64,000 bases of DNA from Phyllosticta citribraziliensis (taxonomy: Eukaryota), in contig NW_027117339.1 of NCBI RefSeq assembly GCF_038025025.1, positions 62,001-126,000 on the forward strand, in the 5' to 3' direction. Below are positions 25,801-39,196 of this stretch, piece after piece. Each line of letters begins with the position of its first letter. Positions within the stretch are counted from its first letter, which is position 1. A program made the position numbers and the translations under genes. The notes below the pieces were generated by a model. It worked only from the letters and a program-made list of their open reading frames with translations. It ran no database searches and was not told where the DNA came from.

Positions 25801-26072
25801 CGTTGAAACTTCACGCGACGGTCAAGGAAAATAATTATGTCCGTGATCCCGGTTGCATGTGGATACATGGTTCTGTCGGGCATGCGGAAATTCAGCTGTA
25901 AGGATTGGTCGTTTTTTTCCCGCGCCTGCTGGACACGGCGGCCTTTGTCCAACGACTTACATGAATCCTGACCAATGGAACTGCTTCCACAAGTATTGAC
26001 TCCTCCGGTCAGCTTCGCAATGGATGCGGAGCCTGCAGGCTTGGACGAAGATCGACAAAGTCTGGAGCCCAT
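22824..26072 (-). other. Possible fast-evolving or decayed hypothetical gene
   Basis: Microsatellite-free, balanced-GC sequence with several short minus-strand ORFs and a GTAAGT donor at ~22999 with a plausible TACAG acceptor at ~22887. No continuous frame or recognisable domain. Confidence 0.2.
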
Positions 26073-26758
26073 GGTCGATTAATTGGCGTTAATTTTCCAG
26101 ACGTGTGCGACCTAAGACGCGAAAACGAGGAGCCCGTGTCCGAATTTGGTCCCGATGCCAGCCAACTCATCCTTCTTCGAAGCATCGTCATTTGGACGAT
26201 GCTCACGACTCCTTGGCTTTGTCATTGGTCTGCTGCCATCAGAGCATGTCTCATTCGCTGAAGTTGCACCAAGAAGCAGCCGCGGTGGGTTTTCTGCTGC
26301 CAGAAGTTGCAAGGGTCGACATTATATGGGTCCTCCTTAGCCCCATAGTGGAGAGGAGAGTTGATTAGCACTGTGTTCGTCAGCATCTTGCGCAATAACG
26401 ACGAGTAAGTGGCCTCTCAAGCGCTGAAGTGAGGACAGCATCCTGAGTTGACGACTTTCTCCTAGCGCTCGTGGTGCTAGCTGCCCGGACTTTGTGTAAC
26501 ACGACGCACATGATCCTAATGCTCCTGTTTGCTTGGTCGAAGAATTCGGAGTACTTGTGTTCTTGCGGGGCTTTCCGGCGGCCGCTGCGTTGGGGAATCG
26601 TGTCCGCTCTGAAGCCCACCCACCCTATCCCGAGCAAATGGTAAAGCCCTGAATGTTCCAACCTGGTTCTGGGAATCCCTAGACAACTGCGTCGTACAAA
26701 GAGCCGCCACATTAGTTCAGGACACACATTGAAGGCGTTGCTTGAGGAGGAAATCAGA

Positions 26759-28106
26759 ATGTCAGACACGGCTTCGGGCGAATACTTCGAAATCCTCGAG
26801 CTGCACGACCGAGAATTCCAGAAACTTTCGGTCGAAAGTCAAATATACTGTGTACCAGTGGACGCGGTATGTATTCGAGTCCCTAGGCCTGTCGAAAAGG
26901 TTAAACCGCGGTGGATTGGTTCAGGTGGATTGGCAGGGAGAGGCTAAAGTGGCGGTGGTGCTTCTCATGGGCGAGCCAAGCTAATACCCGCACAGCTCGA
27001 AGAACAGAGGCTCGAGAATCAACATCAAGTCCTGCGCTACCTTTTCGACGACCGACTCTTTTTTCCTCCCATCAAATGTCCTCGAAGGGTTTTGGATTGC
27101 GGATACGGCCGCGGCCACTGGGCACTGGACATGGCTCTGAACTACCCGCAAAGCGAGGTGAGTTTTCAAGGAACTGACGGGCGGCGACTCGACTAGGTTG
27201 GTCTGAGACGACTGCGAATAGTGGCGGCGGTCCATTCGCACAAGCATCCGGCCAAATTGTCGTGTTCGGTACCATCGGCGGCTTCAAACTGAGACTAACT
27301 GTAGCGCTGACAGGTGACGGCAATTGATCTCTACCCAGCCCCAGAGCTGCCAGATGACCAGCCTGACAATCTCGAATGCGAAGTTTGGGACCTCAACGAG
27401 CCGCTTGTGCCGAGCTACAAGCCAAACACCTATGACTTGATCCACTCCCGATTCGTGGCCCCTGGGATCAAAAAGCACCGCTGGCCTGGATACATGAGGG
27501 ATATGTGTCGTCTTCTCAGGCCCGGTGGATGGGTCCAGACTGTCGAGTTGTACTATATCATCCAGTCGGATAGTGGCCTGTTGACAGACGGCCATGCGCT
27601 GATGCACTGGTCCAATGGGTACCGATACAGCATGGACAGCGATCGAGATCCTCGGGCTGGGCGCAACTTGGGCCAGTTGATGCGGAATGCAGGGCTGGCA
27701 GACATCCACGAAGTGACATATCCGCTGCCGATTGGGGGATGGTCAACTGGTGAGTTGGTGCAGTCTTCTCAAAGACCATTGCCTAGATTCTGCCACCCAC
27801 GAGGCAATCTTTTCCTGCTCTCCGCTGACAATCCATGTCTTAGATCCCAAAATGCGCCACGTCGGCGAATTGAACCTTAAGAACTTTGGCGCGATGCTCG
27901 ATTCGCTTGCCGTCTGGCCTTTTGTCGAAAAATTGAAATGGTCCAAGGAGCAAGTTGCGGCTCTCACGTGCAAGGCCCGGGAAGAGGCAAAGGACACTCG
28001 CTTAAAGCTGTATATGCCACTGTGAGTTTAAGGATCCCTCCAGATGATTGAGGTGGTGTCTGACTTGTTTCAAAGAACGGTTGTGTGGGGAAGAAGACGA
28101 TCCTGA
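26759..28106 (+). CDS. Class I SAM-dependent methyltransferase, LaeA-like (llm) family, at least 5 exons (26759-26866, 26996-27157, 27314-27749, 27844-28021, 28076-28106)
   Basis: YCVPVDA|LEEQRLENQH, SAM motif I VLDCGYGRGHWA, VTAIDL, YDLIHSR, LRPGGWVQTVE, PLPIGGW, terminal TVVWGRR. The true start may lie in an upstream exon. Confidence 0.85.
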
Positions 28107-29983
28107 CGTTTGCACGGCCATGTGCGGCGTTTGGGCAGCTTTTCAGCATGGCGAATTGACGACAACTTCCGGTCACTGCATTCTTCTTCCACTGATCAGC
28201 CATGTCCATGGCTGGCACCATTTCTCAAAAAAAAAAAAAAAATACTTTGTAATGCAAGGCATCCTCACCACAATGCATCGGGAGCATCGCCTCGGCTGCG
28301 GCTCAGCTTCCAGGCTCTGCGCAGCCAGCGAGGGTCTGTTTCGGACAGGCGGCGATGAAATCAACAGGATGGCGAAGAAGAGAGACGCCCCAAGAATGCA
28401 GGAGTCGGCGGTGGAAGCCGAGAGGCGAGAGTCTGGGCAGTGGTGAGTGGAGTCCTGAGGAACGGATGCAGTGCGGATAAGGTTTGGGGATTTTCTCATA
28501 GTGTACCAAGCGGCCGGCGAAGGCGCAAAGACAAAGCCATGATCTGGAAGGGGAATGAGCCGCAGCGACAGTTGATCCTTCCCTTGCGCTACAGACGACT
28601 GCGTTGGCCTTTACCAGGTTAATGGCGTGAAGGATGCAAAGCGTTCGCCGCCGCCGATTCTGCTCAACCACCACACCTCACCACCTCGGCGACGCTCATT
28701 TCTCGGCTCACTGCTCTCAACCACGCGCAGCCATCGTCATCAGAGACGCCGCTGTGCACGCTTTTCCCGCATCAGACTCGCCCAAGTCCAGCATTGCTTG
28801 AACTGGAACCGCCTGCAGCCACGTGATGGCCACCTCTCTTCCTGACTGACTGTGCTGTCTGCCTCAGAGCATGTCATCAAGACTGCGTGCCACCGTGCGT
28901 AAACAGCATGCCATCTGTTTCACAACAGAATTGCCCGCGTCGCTGCTGTCCACCTCACCGGAGGCGATTGTGGGTTTCACAAGGTCCAGCGCTGTTCGCC
29001 CAGCTCACCAACGCAGTCCATGTCGTCAGAGCCACGCCTGAAAAGAAGCTTCTTCAACTCTACCGTACTCTTTTTTCTTTAAAACCTCAGCCGGAAGCTT
29101 AGCAGAGGGCATGCAGCCTTGCGAACAGGCAAAATCGTCATCACGTGATGGCCAGCGACGCCAAATGGCCCTGCATGAACAAACAACTGACCCAAGACCG
29201 ACGCATGGCGATGGAAGGCCCCGCTCCGCCCATGGCCACCGCTTTTTGGGCACAATTGATGGCCACGTTGAGGCCAAACACGCGCCCAAAGCTGTCTGTC
29301 GAAGCTGTAGAACGTTCCCTGCAGATTCCCTCTCCACCAGTTCGGCAACCGAATCAAGCTTTTTTAATCTGTTAGCCGTATCGGGTGAGCCGAGCCAGCG
29401 CCACAGCAGTCGCTGCTTGCCCGGGATCTGGCGCAGCCGCCTCGTCACGGACAATGCTCTCTGGACAAGGTCATTTTCTCCGCCTCGACATGGCAAACAA
29501 GCCTTTCGGGCTGCTGCCACAGGGACGCTAAGGCGCCTGCTCCGCACTTGTTTAGCCTGTGTTGGGAAACATGGCACTGGTTTGCTCCCTCTCCCCAAAT
29601 GCTTCGTGCGCCTGATTACGAACACCGCCCCGCGCCTAAACACCTGCCTACAGCAGCTCACCTACACAGCATCACCGGATCAATAGCTCGCTCACCGTAC
29701 TTGCGTATGACCTGAGGGTAGCATTTTGCTGCAGACTCGCAAATGCCGGATGCAAGTCAGGTAAGTCAGAGTTGCGGGGGCATTCCCAGCTATAAACACG
29801 GCACGACGCGGGAAGCCATGATACTTTTTAAAGTTCTTGTGAATGGACTCAGTGCTGTCAAGTACAGCTAGCCACCTACTTTTCTAATAGCAAGAGTATT
29901 TGAGCTCTTGCACCCCTTTGTACTGCTTCTGCAGAGGCGGGCTCCTTTGCCATACCCCACATCCCTCTTTCCCATCTCTCAGA

Positions 29984-31320
29984 ATGCTGGTGCCTCTCAT
30001 TGGCCCGCTGTTTGGCACCCTCCTGGTCTCCTCCGTCCAGGCACAAACATTTCCACCTCCTGCATTGCCAGGCACGACGTCATGGGACCTCAAGAACTTC
30101 AAGTCATTGGTTTCTTTTGGTAACAGTTATACGGACGAAGGCCGTCTGAGGTACTTGGAAGAGCATGACGGACAAGTGCCGCCAGTCGGATGGATTGGGC
30201 CAGTGGTATGGCCGCCTTTTTCTTTAACTAGACAACCCGAAACTGATGCAATCGCAGAGAAGCGATACCTACTCAGGAGGACAGACCTGGCCGCGCTATG
30301 TGAATTATTACACTGGTGCCAAATCCTACAACTACGCCGTGGGTGGTGCCGTCTGCTCCAACAAACAAGTGACGCGCTTCTACGACAAAATCAATGGATC
30401 CTACCCGGACGTCGAAGGTTATGAGATTCCAGCATTCATTGCCGACAAAAACTTCAAAGACCCGGCAAATGGAGCCCCTGTACTCGACATTCCCGCCGAA
30501 GAAACCGTCTACTCCATGTGGGTCGGCACCAACGATGTGGGCGCCAATGCGTTCTTGACCGACTCGCAGGCGCCTGACCTGACTCTCGTCGACTATCTTC
30601 AGTGCGTGTACAACCAGTTCGACAGGTTGTATGTCGAGGGTGGCCGCTACTTTGTTCTGATGAACCTGATTCCGCTCCAACTGGCACCCATCTATGCGCT
30701 GCCCAACAAGGGCGGCATCGGCAAGTCGCAAAACATGACGGAGACCAGCTACCGCATGAAGGAGCAGGTCAACTTGTTGAACAACAATGCCAAGTTCCAA
30801 ACGCCGTACGAGTCGCTGCTCGCAAGAAGATACCCGGGAGCGAGGTGGGCGCTCTTCGACATGTACAGTTTGGTACGTCATTTTCTCCTGAATTTTGCAT
30901 CATTTCCCCGGGTGGTCTTGACGCCGCTTCAATTGTGTTTCAAGTCCAACTCCTCGCACTCTACCACACTTTTTGTCATACCCGACTCCTGCCAAGAGAC
31001 ATCCCCCCAACCCGTTTTTACATTGCCCCATTCGAACGGAATTTTGTCATGCGTCCAAAATGGTTCTCCTTTTACCCTTTCCCAAACTGATTTCTTCTCA
31101 GATCACCGATATCTACGTCAACCCGGCCTCCTATCTCAACGGCACAGCGCCCCTGAACGTTGAAGGCTACATCACCGCCAACCTATCCATGTCGCCTTCG
31201 GATAAGGACTCCTATCTCTGGTACGACAGCCTGCACCCGTCGGAGCAAACGGACCGCATCATCGCCCGCGAGTTTGTTGGTGTCGTGCGGGGCGGCAGCA
31301 GATGGGCCACCTACTGGTAA
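29984..31320 (+). CDS. Secreted GDSL/SGNH esterase (CE16 acetylesterase-like), 3 exons (29984-30205, 30258-30872, 31102-31320)
   Basis: Signal peptide MLVPLIGPLFGTLLVSSVQA; block I FGNSYTD, NYAVGGAVCS, block III WVGTND, block V YLWYDSLHPSE. TATAAA at ~29791. Confidence 0.88.
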
Positions 31321-34300
31321 TGGGGCATGGAATGGGAATGTGGAGGTTTAAGCGAGGAGATATTCCACCAACGACGCCCACGAAGATCCGGGGAAAAGAG
31401 GGGAAAGAATTGGAGAGGCTGCAAAAGGAGGGCGAACGACGTTCGCCTCGCCGTGCATATGACAGTCGCAGACCATGCCCAAAAGGGCAGGTAGCAACGC
31501 ACTCTCCCACACGAACCAAACAAAAAAGAATAATCTACCGGCATGCGTGCAGAAGAAGAGCTAGCTAGGTAGGTGGGCTGGCTGGGTCGGCGCCTGTTGT
31601 TCTTGGGACGCAGGACCAAGACAAAGCAGCGGGCGCTACCACGCTGCGCATCTTTCTACCAAGCAGCCTCCGTAGGTTGTAGCTACCTAGCTAGCATGCA
31701 TATACGGCTAGAGCAGCATGTAATGTTTTACCACCCATCCATCCACCGCGTACTTCTCATCACGCTCACCGCCCTCTCTACTCCTTTACATTATCTCGGA
31801 CATCTTCTTTTCTCGCTGCGCTTGCATGGCATGGCGTTGCGATGCTCATGCGATCCATACCACTTTCCTTTCTCTTCCCATCACTCTCTCACGACGCACG
31901 CGCGCATGTACGCTCTCTTACGTCCCCTTACGACTTGCATGCATGCATAGCTTCATTGTTCTTCCATAGAATTTTAGCTTAGGCGAGGCCTGGCCTGGTC
32001 TGGCCAGGCCAGACCAATCGATCCACTATTCAAAGCCCCAGTCCGCTCCACGCACGCAAGTGCCGTCTGTTCACTTGGCCACCAACCAGCCAGCCTGCGA
32101 TGCCTCTGCTCTACCCGCCCTAACCTCTTCCTCGATTGATCTGGCTGGGGCGGGCACGTGGCGGGCTGGCTGGTACGCTTGCACGCATGCGGGCACGCAC
32201 TCTACGTGACACCAAACAGCGCGTGAGCCGGCTTGCTGGCCAGCCAGCGAGCGCCGCATGCCAGACGCGGGACGACCGCGCCGTCGGGCGGCGGCGGGGC
32301 CGGCAGGTACGGGATGCAGAGTACAACACTGTACACACGGCACTCCACGTACCCTACCTATCCTACTGACAACGGCACAGGGCCAGAGCACGGCGCGTTG
32401 TACCGTAGATGTCGCTATTGTAATGGGCCGCGTCGACAATTGCTAGGTGCAAGACGCGAACGCCGAACGAACGAATGGACAGTGCCTGGCGTCGGCACTC
32501 AGGTGGGCCGAAGGACGAGGGGGCTGCAATGGAGCAATGGAATCAACACCAACCACCGAGCCCCGACAACGCCGACGCCGGCGCCGACGTTGCCTCTGCC
32601 CAATCAAGAGCGTGTTTGAACTGCGGCTGCTGCTGCTGCTGTACCAGTTCCAGCAGCAGCAGCAGCAGCACATCGCAGCAGCCAAGCAACGCCGCGGGCC
32701 ACAGCGCGGGAGGAGCGACTGAGGTGGTCCGTCAGTCACCCATCAGTCAGACGGGAGGTCAGGGATGTGCCTGTGTAAGACTAAACCGTGACGAGACAGG
32801 ATTGGATGGAGCAGGGCGGGCCGCGGCGGCTAGGTTGGCTGGGTCGGGTTTTATTTTGGCTTCGAGCGCTCGACGGGGCCGTTTGCTGGGACTGTGCCTG
32901 ACCACAGCAGACAGAGCGCTCCTTGGCCGCGATGACTTCATGGTGCGACGGGCGCGGAAGGCATCTCTGCCTGTCGTGGTCGAAAGGCGTGGTTGCGTGG
33001 ACGTCTTTCCTGCCGGCTGGCTGGCTGAGTTGCAAGGCATGCATGGCGGAGCTGAAAGCGTTGAGCTGGTGGGAGCAAACGCCGCTGTATCCAACACAGT
33101 GTCTCTGTCCAAACTGTGGTTGGCGCAGCACAGACTGCCTCGTGGGTGGTTAGGATTGAGTTTGCAGAGGTTGGTGCGGGCCATGGGGTGGAATGGGATG
33201 GGCGGAGGCTGCTGAGTTTATTCGACGCCGATTCCCCTCTCTGGCTGCGTGTATCAGCATGTATCAGCACATCCAAGGAGTGTCTGTATCCATCTTCGGT
33301 GCTGGAGGAGACAGCGAGTGGCATTTCTTCCAATGACGAGTCTGACAGCCCAAAGCCGCACTGTCAAGCTGACTGCCACTGCGTCATCGTTGGTCCAGTT
33401 TCATGTCCAGGCAATTGGAGTCGACGCCCGAACTACCATTACTCTGCTATTCCCCTGTTTCGCAGCCGACAGAGTTGTGGCAGCCGGCCAAGGCAGGTTT
33501 TGGTCAGTCTGGAAAGGGTATTTTTAAGCCTATTCCGCGCGCCCACGAACCGGGACCAGGGGCTTCGTGGCAAGCGCCAACGTCCGCCAGCCGCCGACAA
33601 GCAATGACATAAAATAAGCTTTGCAAAACAGATGGACTCGGCAACTCTGCTTCGGGTGCTTGTTGCGAACGAGCTGAGCGAGCAGAGCTGTTGGACTGTT
33701 CGTCGCTCTCTGAGCGGCCTTTGTGCTGGCTGTTGCTTTTTGCATCGAGATGGATCGGGATTGCCGCTGGGCGCGGGTCTTCCGCGTCGCAGAGTTGTTT
33801 TTGGTTCGCGTGGTTGGGATCTCCCCAGCGGGAGGGCGTTCGCATGGGAGTGGCTTTGTTGGACAAGGATGCGAGCTGTGGGCTGGCCGATCACCCGCGG
33901 CCGGGGTGAGCTTGTTCCTGCGGTGGCTGACGGATGGCGCAGGCTTTCGTCCACCAGACGCAGAGTCCGCGCTGCCTGCGCAGAGGCTGGTGGCGAGATA
34001 ATGTGGGAGGCTCTGGTGAAAACCGGGGAAAGAACTGATCCATTGACATGCTGAGTTGCCGACTTGTTCGCGGCAAAGTAAAATAGAGCAGTTGAGCCGT
34101 GGTAGCAATGCCCAACTGGTGTACTGCACATGACGGACCGCTACCCGACTGCCCGTCCGATGGACAGGCTAGACTGAACGATGATTTCAGCTCTGCGAGA
34201 GATGCAGCTTTACCGGGTCGATGGGATAGACGTGAGGGATTGATCACCGAACTCGTATTGTGCTGCACGCTTTGATCATTGGTGTCATTAAGCGGTCCAA

Positions 34301-34458
34301 CTTGGACGACTAGAAATATCTATGTCAACATGCAAGAAGAGCGACGGTCTGGTGTTGCTGCCAATGTGTATGCTTGTAAACCCCAAGAGAATGAGAGAGG
34401 TGATACATGGACAGACCTCGTTGATGTTCTAATGCTGCAGTGTTCTTTTGGAGTTGCT

Positions 34459-35388
34459 TCATTTGTCTTGGGCTCCGTCGGGTATGGTATCGAGCCATGC
34501 CCAAGTGACGTCGACGCGGCCGTCTCCCGAGTAGGCGATCTCATCAAACGCGCCAGGACTCATGTCAAGATCGGTCTTTTCACATCCAACACCTGCTCAG
34601 GGGTATCACAAGTCAGCGTGACATGCCCATGACCAACGCGGCATATGTGTGGAAAGGCCGGGGGTTGGATACACGGGTCATGAGATTGGTGGTTTCCAGG
34701 ACGCGGTATCATGACCAGGATTGAAGTGATCAAGGGGCTCGACTTACATCTATCAACCACCGTCACGTCTACACTCCGCTCCCCGCCCTCTTGTGCGTAG
34801 AATCGTCGCGCGCGAATCTTCAGACCGCAGAGCGGATTCTCATTTGGATTCGTGATTCCATACTTTTTGGCAACCTGGTCCCAAATCTTGAGAGATACCG
34901 CCACCACTTTATCGTTGTCTGAACTTGGTATGCCGCATGATCCCGTTGACGGATTGTAGAAGGTGAGTTCGCCAGACCAAGTCTGGGTGTTGGTAGGAAG
35001 AGGTAGGTTTTTGGCTTCATTCCCACTGGAAGACGAGAACGTCAGCTAATTGCAATTCGGCAGCGCTTTGGGGATATATTCCGCCATATGATAGTCGTCT
35101 TGCGGAATGTCGCAGGCCCACTTACCCTGCGCCAGCTGTCAATCCTACACTCAAGCCCACGATGAGGGCAATCAGGGAGAGGACAACTGCAGTCAAGGCC
35201 AAGAGAAAGATGCGACGTCGCATGCCCAAGTACTTGCGATTCGGCGGTACCACGGTATCCAGCTTGCTGCGCAGCATCTCGCCAATGGGTCGTTTGACGG
35301 CACCATTGGCACCCGCCGCCGCAGGCTCCCAGTCGGGGACCTGGTGACGCGCAGTCGGAAGGACTGGCTTGTCCTGTTTCTCGTTCAT
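34459..35388 (-). CDS. Membrane-anchored RlpA-like double-psi beta-barrel (expansin/loosenin-like) protein, 3 exons (35388-35126, 35025-34748, 34592-34459)
   Basis: N-terminal TM helix (RRRIFLLALTAVVLSLIALIVGLSVGL), then GELTFYNPSTGSCG...VVAVS...NPNENPLCG...VTVVDRCVGCEKTDLDMSPGAF...GRVDVTWAW. Confidence 0.85.
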
Positions 35389-35842
35389 GCTGGCGGTGTT
35401 CAAGCGGTGGACGGGGCGCGTTGGGACGAGCTGGGAGCGCGGAGATGAGAGCGCAGCGTGCCCAAGACCTGGCGCATGAAGGGCGAGGCTCGGCGACGGT
35501 TTAAAAGGTCAATTGGAAGCGGCAGACGGCAAAAGACGGGGTTGTGGAGGAGTAGGAGCGCATAGTGTATGTCGAGCGCAGCGCGTGGTCGAGGGCTAGC
35601 AGTTGTAGGCGCCCGAGCGAACCGAAAAGGATCGCCAACTTTAATGAACAGGCTTTTCCTGTAACGGTTAGAGACCGTTCCCCGCCCGCACGGTTCCCTC
35701 CGTCAAACATGAGGAAATCTTGACATCTGCAACTCTCTTTCTACACGTACAACTGAACGGCTTTTGAATTGAAATACAACCGGGCATAATGGTACAGTAT
35801 ATTGCAGTCCCTGAAGCAAGTAGGCGCTACAAGAAGAGAGTA

Positions 35843-37225
35843 TCAACTCTGCTTGATGTAGAAATGCTCTCCAACCTCTTCCACAACAACCTCGTCTCCC
35901 ACCTTGATTTCTTGCACTTCGTTGCTGAATGGCACCATCTGCATGCCCAGGCAAGCGTGAGGATTAGCTCCCTCGTCAATCACCCGGTACGCCTTCATAG
36001 TCTTGTTCGGCTCTGCGGGGTGCCGCTCTGCCGTCTCCGGGTTTACGTTTGGGAGCATACATCGCGCTGTGCGGCAGGCGACGTGGAACCTGGCCTTGCC
36101 GATGCGAATTACCTTCCAGTGGTCCTCGGCGAATGCTGGAGCGCCAGTCACGTAGATGTTTGCGCGGAAGCGGCGTGCGTCCAGCTTGTCGATTGCGTTG
36201 CCCACGCGCCCTGCGAGATCTTGCACCGAAGCAAAGTTCATAATGTGGAGCGGGTAAGCATCTTGCATGCCGACAATGGGTTGATAAGATACACCTTCGC
36301 CCTTGCGCGGGGCACAGCGAAAAACTTCACGATAGCGGTTGGGGTCGATTCGCATCAGGGTGACGGGGTTGGACATTCCGAGCGCGTAGCGCAGTTTCTC
36401 GAGGATCTCCGGATCAATTTCGATGCCCATGTTGAGGGCCACGGGGCAGTCGGTCCAGATTTTGACGCTCTCAAAGGTGTGTCCTTTTTCTTTTATTCTT
36501 TCCACGGAGGGATGGAACGGGACCCGAAAGTAAATCCTTGGACCGTGACAGTCCAGACCGCGCTGCCGGAGGAGATTTCTACGAATGTAGTTGCCCATTT
36601 GCTCCAATTTGAAAATGAGCGAAGACTTGTCGTCCTCGACATACGGGAATGAGACGACAATGCAGCCGTCATTCTTGACCCACTCCCCGTCCGGAGAATA
36701 GGTCGGAGAGGACGGGTCTGGCACCCACATCTCGGTTTTGATTTTGGTCATGTTGCGATTGGCGCGCTGCGTCATGAACGTCCATTGATGGCTGACTTTC
36801 GGGTCTTCTGCCTTTGGGAGCGAGCTTATCAGTTGAGCAAAGGTAAGCTGGCGATCATATCTCATGCCCTCTCCGACGACTTCGCCATGACTGAGCTCGA
36901 CTGGATAGCAGCTCTTGATGGGATGAATGGTAAGAGCCTTGACTCTGCAGGTTGCGCCATCGCCTTGAGCGAGCTTCTTGCCATATTTCGAGTCGAATTG
37001 GTCCCGGAAGTTTGATCGTTCTGGATCGATGCCCAGCCGGCGGCAGCCCGCAGGAGGTGGAGGTCTATTACTCCCCCGACGAATGTCCAGGTAAACAGCG
37101 GTTAGGGCCAGAGCGAGGAGAGAGAGCACAAGACTGAGCAATAGAGTACGCCAATCTTTCGCTTCACGAGTGGCTGCAAAGGAAGAGATTTTCGTAATAA
37201 AGTGGTCGACTTGTTGAGACGACAT
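35843..37225 (-). CDS. MOSC-domain protein (mARC-like) with N-terminal TM anchor, single exon
   Basis: HPIKSC, YDRQLTFA, DAYPLHIMN.ASVQDL, RRFRANIYVTG..AFAEDHW, RTARCMLPNV, ACLGMQMV. Confidence 0.9.
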   Translation of the reverse strand: MSSQQVDHFITKISSFAATREAKDWRTLLLSLVLSLLALALTAVYLDIRRGSNRPPPPAGCRRLGIDPERSNFRDQFDSKYGKKLAQGDGATCRVKALTIHPIKSCYPVELSHGEVVGEGMRYDRQLTFAQLISSLPKAEDPKVSHQWTFMTQRANRNMTKIKTEMWVPDPSSPTYSPDGEWVKNDGCIVVSFPYVEDDKSSLIFKLEQMGNYIRRNLLRQRGLDCHGPRIYFRVPFHPSVERIKEKGHTFESVKIWTDCPVALNMGIEIDPEILEKLRYALGMSNPVTLMRIDPNRYREVFRCAPRKGEGVSYQPIVGMQDAYPLHIMNFASVQDLAGRVGNAIDKLDARRFRANIYVTGAPAFAEDHWKVIRIGKARFHVACRTARCMLPNVNPETAERHPAEPNKTMKAYRVIDEGANPHACLGMQMVPFSNEVQEIKVGDEVVVEEVGEHFYIKQS

Positions 37226-37731
37226 GGCGCACTGAAAAGAGGGAATATGTGGACGACTGGATTTCCTTCTAAGCTCTCATTCCAGGAATCGGGCTCCGTT
37301 CGCGATTCTACGAGGTGTCAATGAATCAAGAACGCAATGTGGTCGAGAGGAATATAATGTTGGGCAGACTGACCAATGCGTTGGGTCTTGACTTGAATCG
37401 AATTTAGGCCCGACAATGATCTCAAGCGGGCGCGCGACCGACGACAACGTTTTGGCAGCACCGGCAGGCGATGATTGAATGCAATGCAAAGAAAGACAGC
37501 AGAGTGGGATGGATTGGATGCATCGTGAAGAGAGGAGTCAGAGCCGACCTCGGCCCCAACAACGTGCGCCCAGGATTCCGCCGTCGACGTCACTGAGGTG
37601 CAGGTGCCGACGCGCTTCCCTCTCGGCTTTTGTTTGCTTCACGCGTCGCCTGCAACGCGCCGTCAACAACTCTGCCCTCTCTGTCGCATTTTCTGGTGCG
37701 ACCCCGCCATCTCTGTCATGGCCATCTGACC

Positions 37732-39196
37732 ATGTCTACGTCGCGTCCCTCGTCGCAGTCTCGTGAGTAGCCTCATATTGCTTGTCTGCCAGCTGCTGAC
37801 CTACGCGTAGACAGACTGCCCACCGTCTCCGCGTCGCAAGCCTTCAATGCATTGAAGAACAAGGTCCCTCGCTCTCTCTCGACCGGCCTTACTCACCTTG
37901 ACGCCCTACTCAGCCCTCGATCCCTCGGCGTCCAGCACAATGCCTCGAGCCAAACAGGAGGTCTTCCGCGCGGCCAGGTGACGGAGATATACGGCCCACC
38001 AGGTGCTGGCAAGACGGCCTTTGGGTATGTAGATGAGGGCATTGGGTGCGATGCTGGTGGATCTCATACTGAGTGCTTGGGCAAGACTGCAGGTATCCAA
38101 ATCTGCTCTGGCGTCAGGAGGATCTGTCGTCTGGATAGGCAAGTTGGACACCGCCACACCCCCGACGGCGTTTACAGCTTCTCTAACGTCCATATCAGAC
38201 GCTGCCACGCTGTTGGCGAGGCCTCGTGTCGAGGATGTTCTCTGTGCGCCACCAGTCCCGACAGCACAACCATCTCGCCTGTCTGTGCCTGAGAATGGCT
38301 TGAGCTCATCTGCTAAAGACGAGCGCGCACCCCAGGATGATCTTGCTGGTCGCTTCCACCACATATTCGTCCCCACACTCGCCCATCTGCTTGCGCTGTT
38401 TGTGCGCCCCGCCTCCTCCTTTCCCCCTGACGGCACTGCCTTGGTCGTAATCGACTCCGTGTCCACCCTCTTCGATTATGCGTATCCGCGCACCGGCTCA
38501 AGGACGGGCAACAAGAACGACGACTCCAAATGGGCTGCCGGCCGTAGATATGCCGTGATGAACGACCTCGTATCCACACTCGGAAAGACGGCAACTCTGA
38601 AAGACATTCCCGTGCTCTTGACCAACCAAACCGTGACCAAGATGAGGCCCGGCGAGGGGGCGCTTTTGATGCCCGCCATGGCGGGCATAGAATGGGACAG
38701 CGGCATCGCGACGCGGCTGGTTCTATTCAGAGATTGGCCACCAGAGTCGAGTAAGCTGACGAATCTCGAAGAGCATCGGAGGAGCAAGGTGCGGTTCGTC
38801 GGAGTCGTCAAGATGAACGGGACCGCCCTGGGTGAAGCGAATAGCTTAGGGGCCGTTGTCCCTTTTACAATCGAGAAGGTTTGCCATCATCATCCTTCCA
38901 TTGAACAGCTTCCCGTTGACCGAAATCAGTCAGGATTATTCGACGTGGAACAGAAATCAGTGGAGGTGCCAATGCAGCCGCTGACGTCGCCCGCTCGCCC
39001 GACGACCAAGAGAAGGTATGCCGAAGTGGCAGACTCGGATGACGAGCTGAATTCGGACGAACTCTACGGCTGGGGAAACGAGGACGACATTGCGGCGGAA
39101 GGACTGATAGACGAATCTGACCTCGCCATTGGCCTCGCTCGCGAATCGTCCTCGCATCCCCCCCAACAAAAAAAGCAGGCTATCGACCAGGATTGA
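37732..39196 (+). CDS. RAD55: Rad51 paralog, Rad55/Rhp55-like
   Basis: HRLPTVSA N-terminus, STGL..LDALL, GGLPRGQVTEIYGPPGAGKT Walker A, VVWID, LVVIDS Walker B, VLLTNQ. Introns 37763-37810, 38025-38085, 38139-38198 (GC-AG) and probably ~38879-38929. Confidence 0.8.

Noticed and set aside
37098..37110. GGTTAGGG telomere-like 8-mer
   Set aside because: Lies inside the MOSC coding sequence; such 8-mers are expected by chance.
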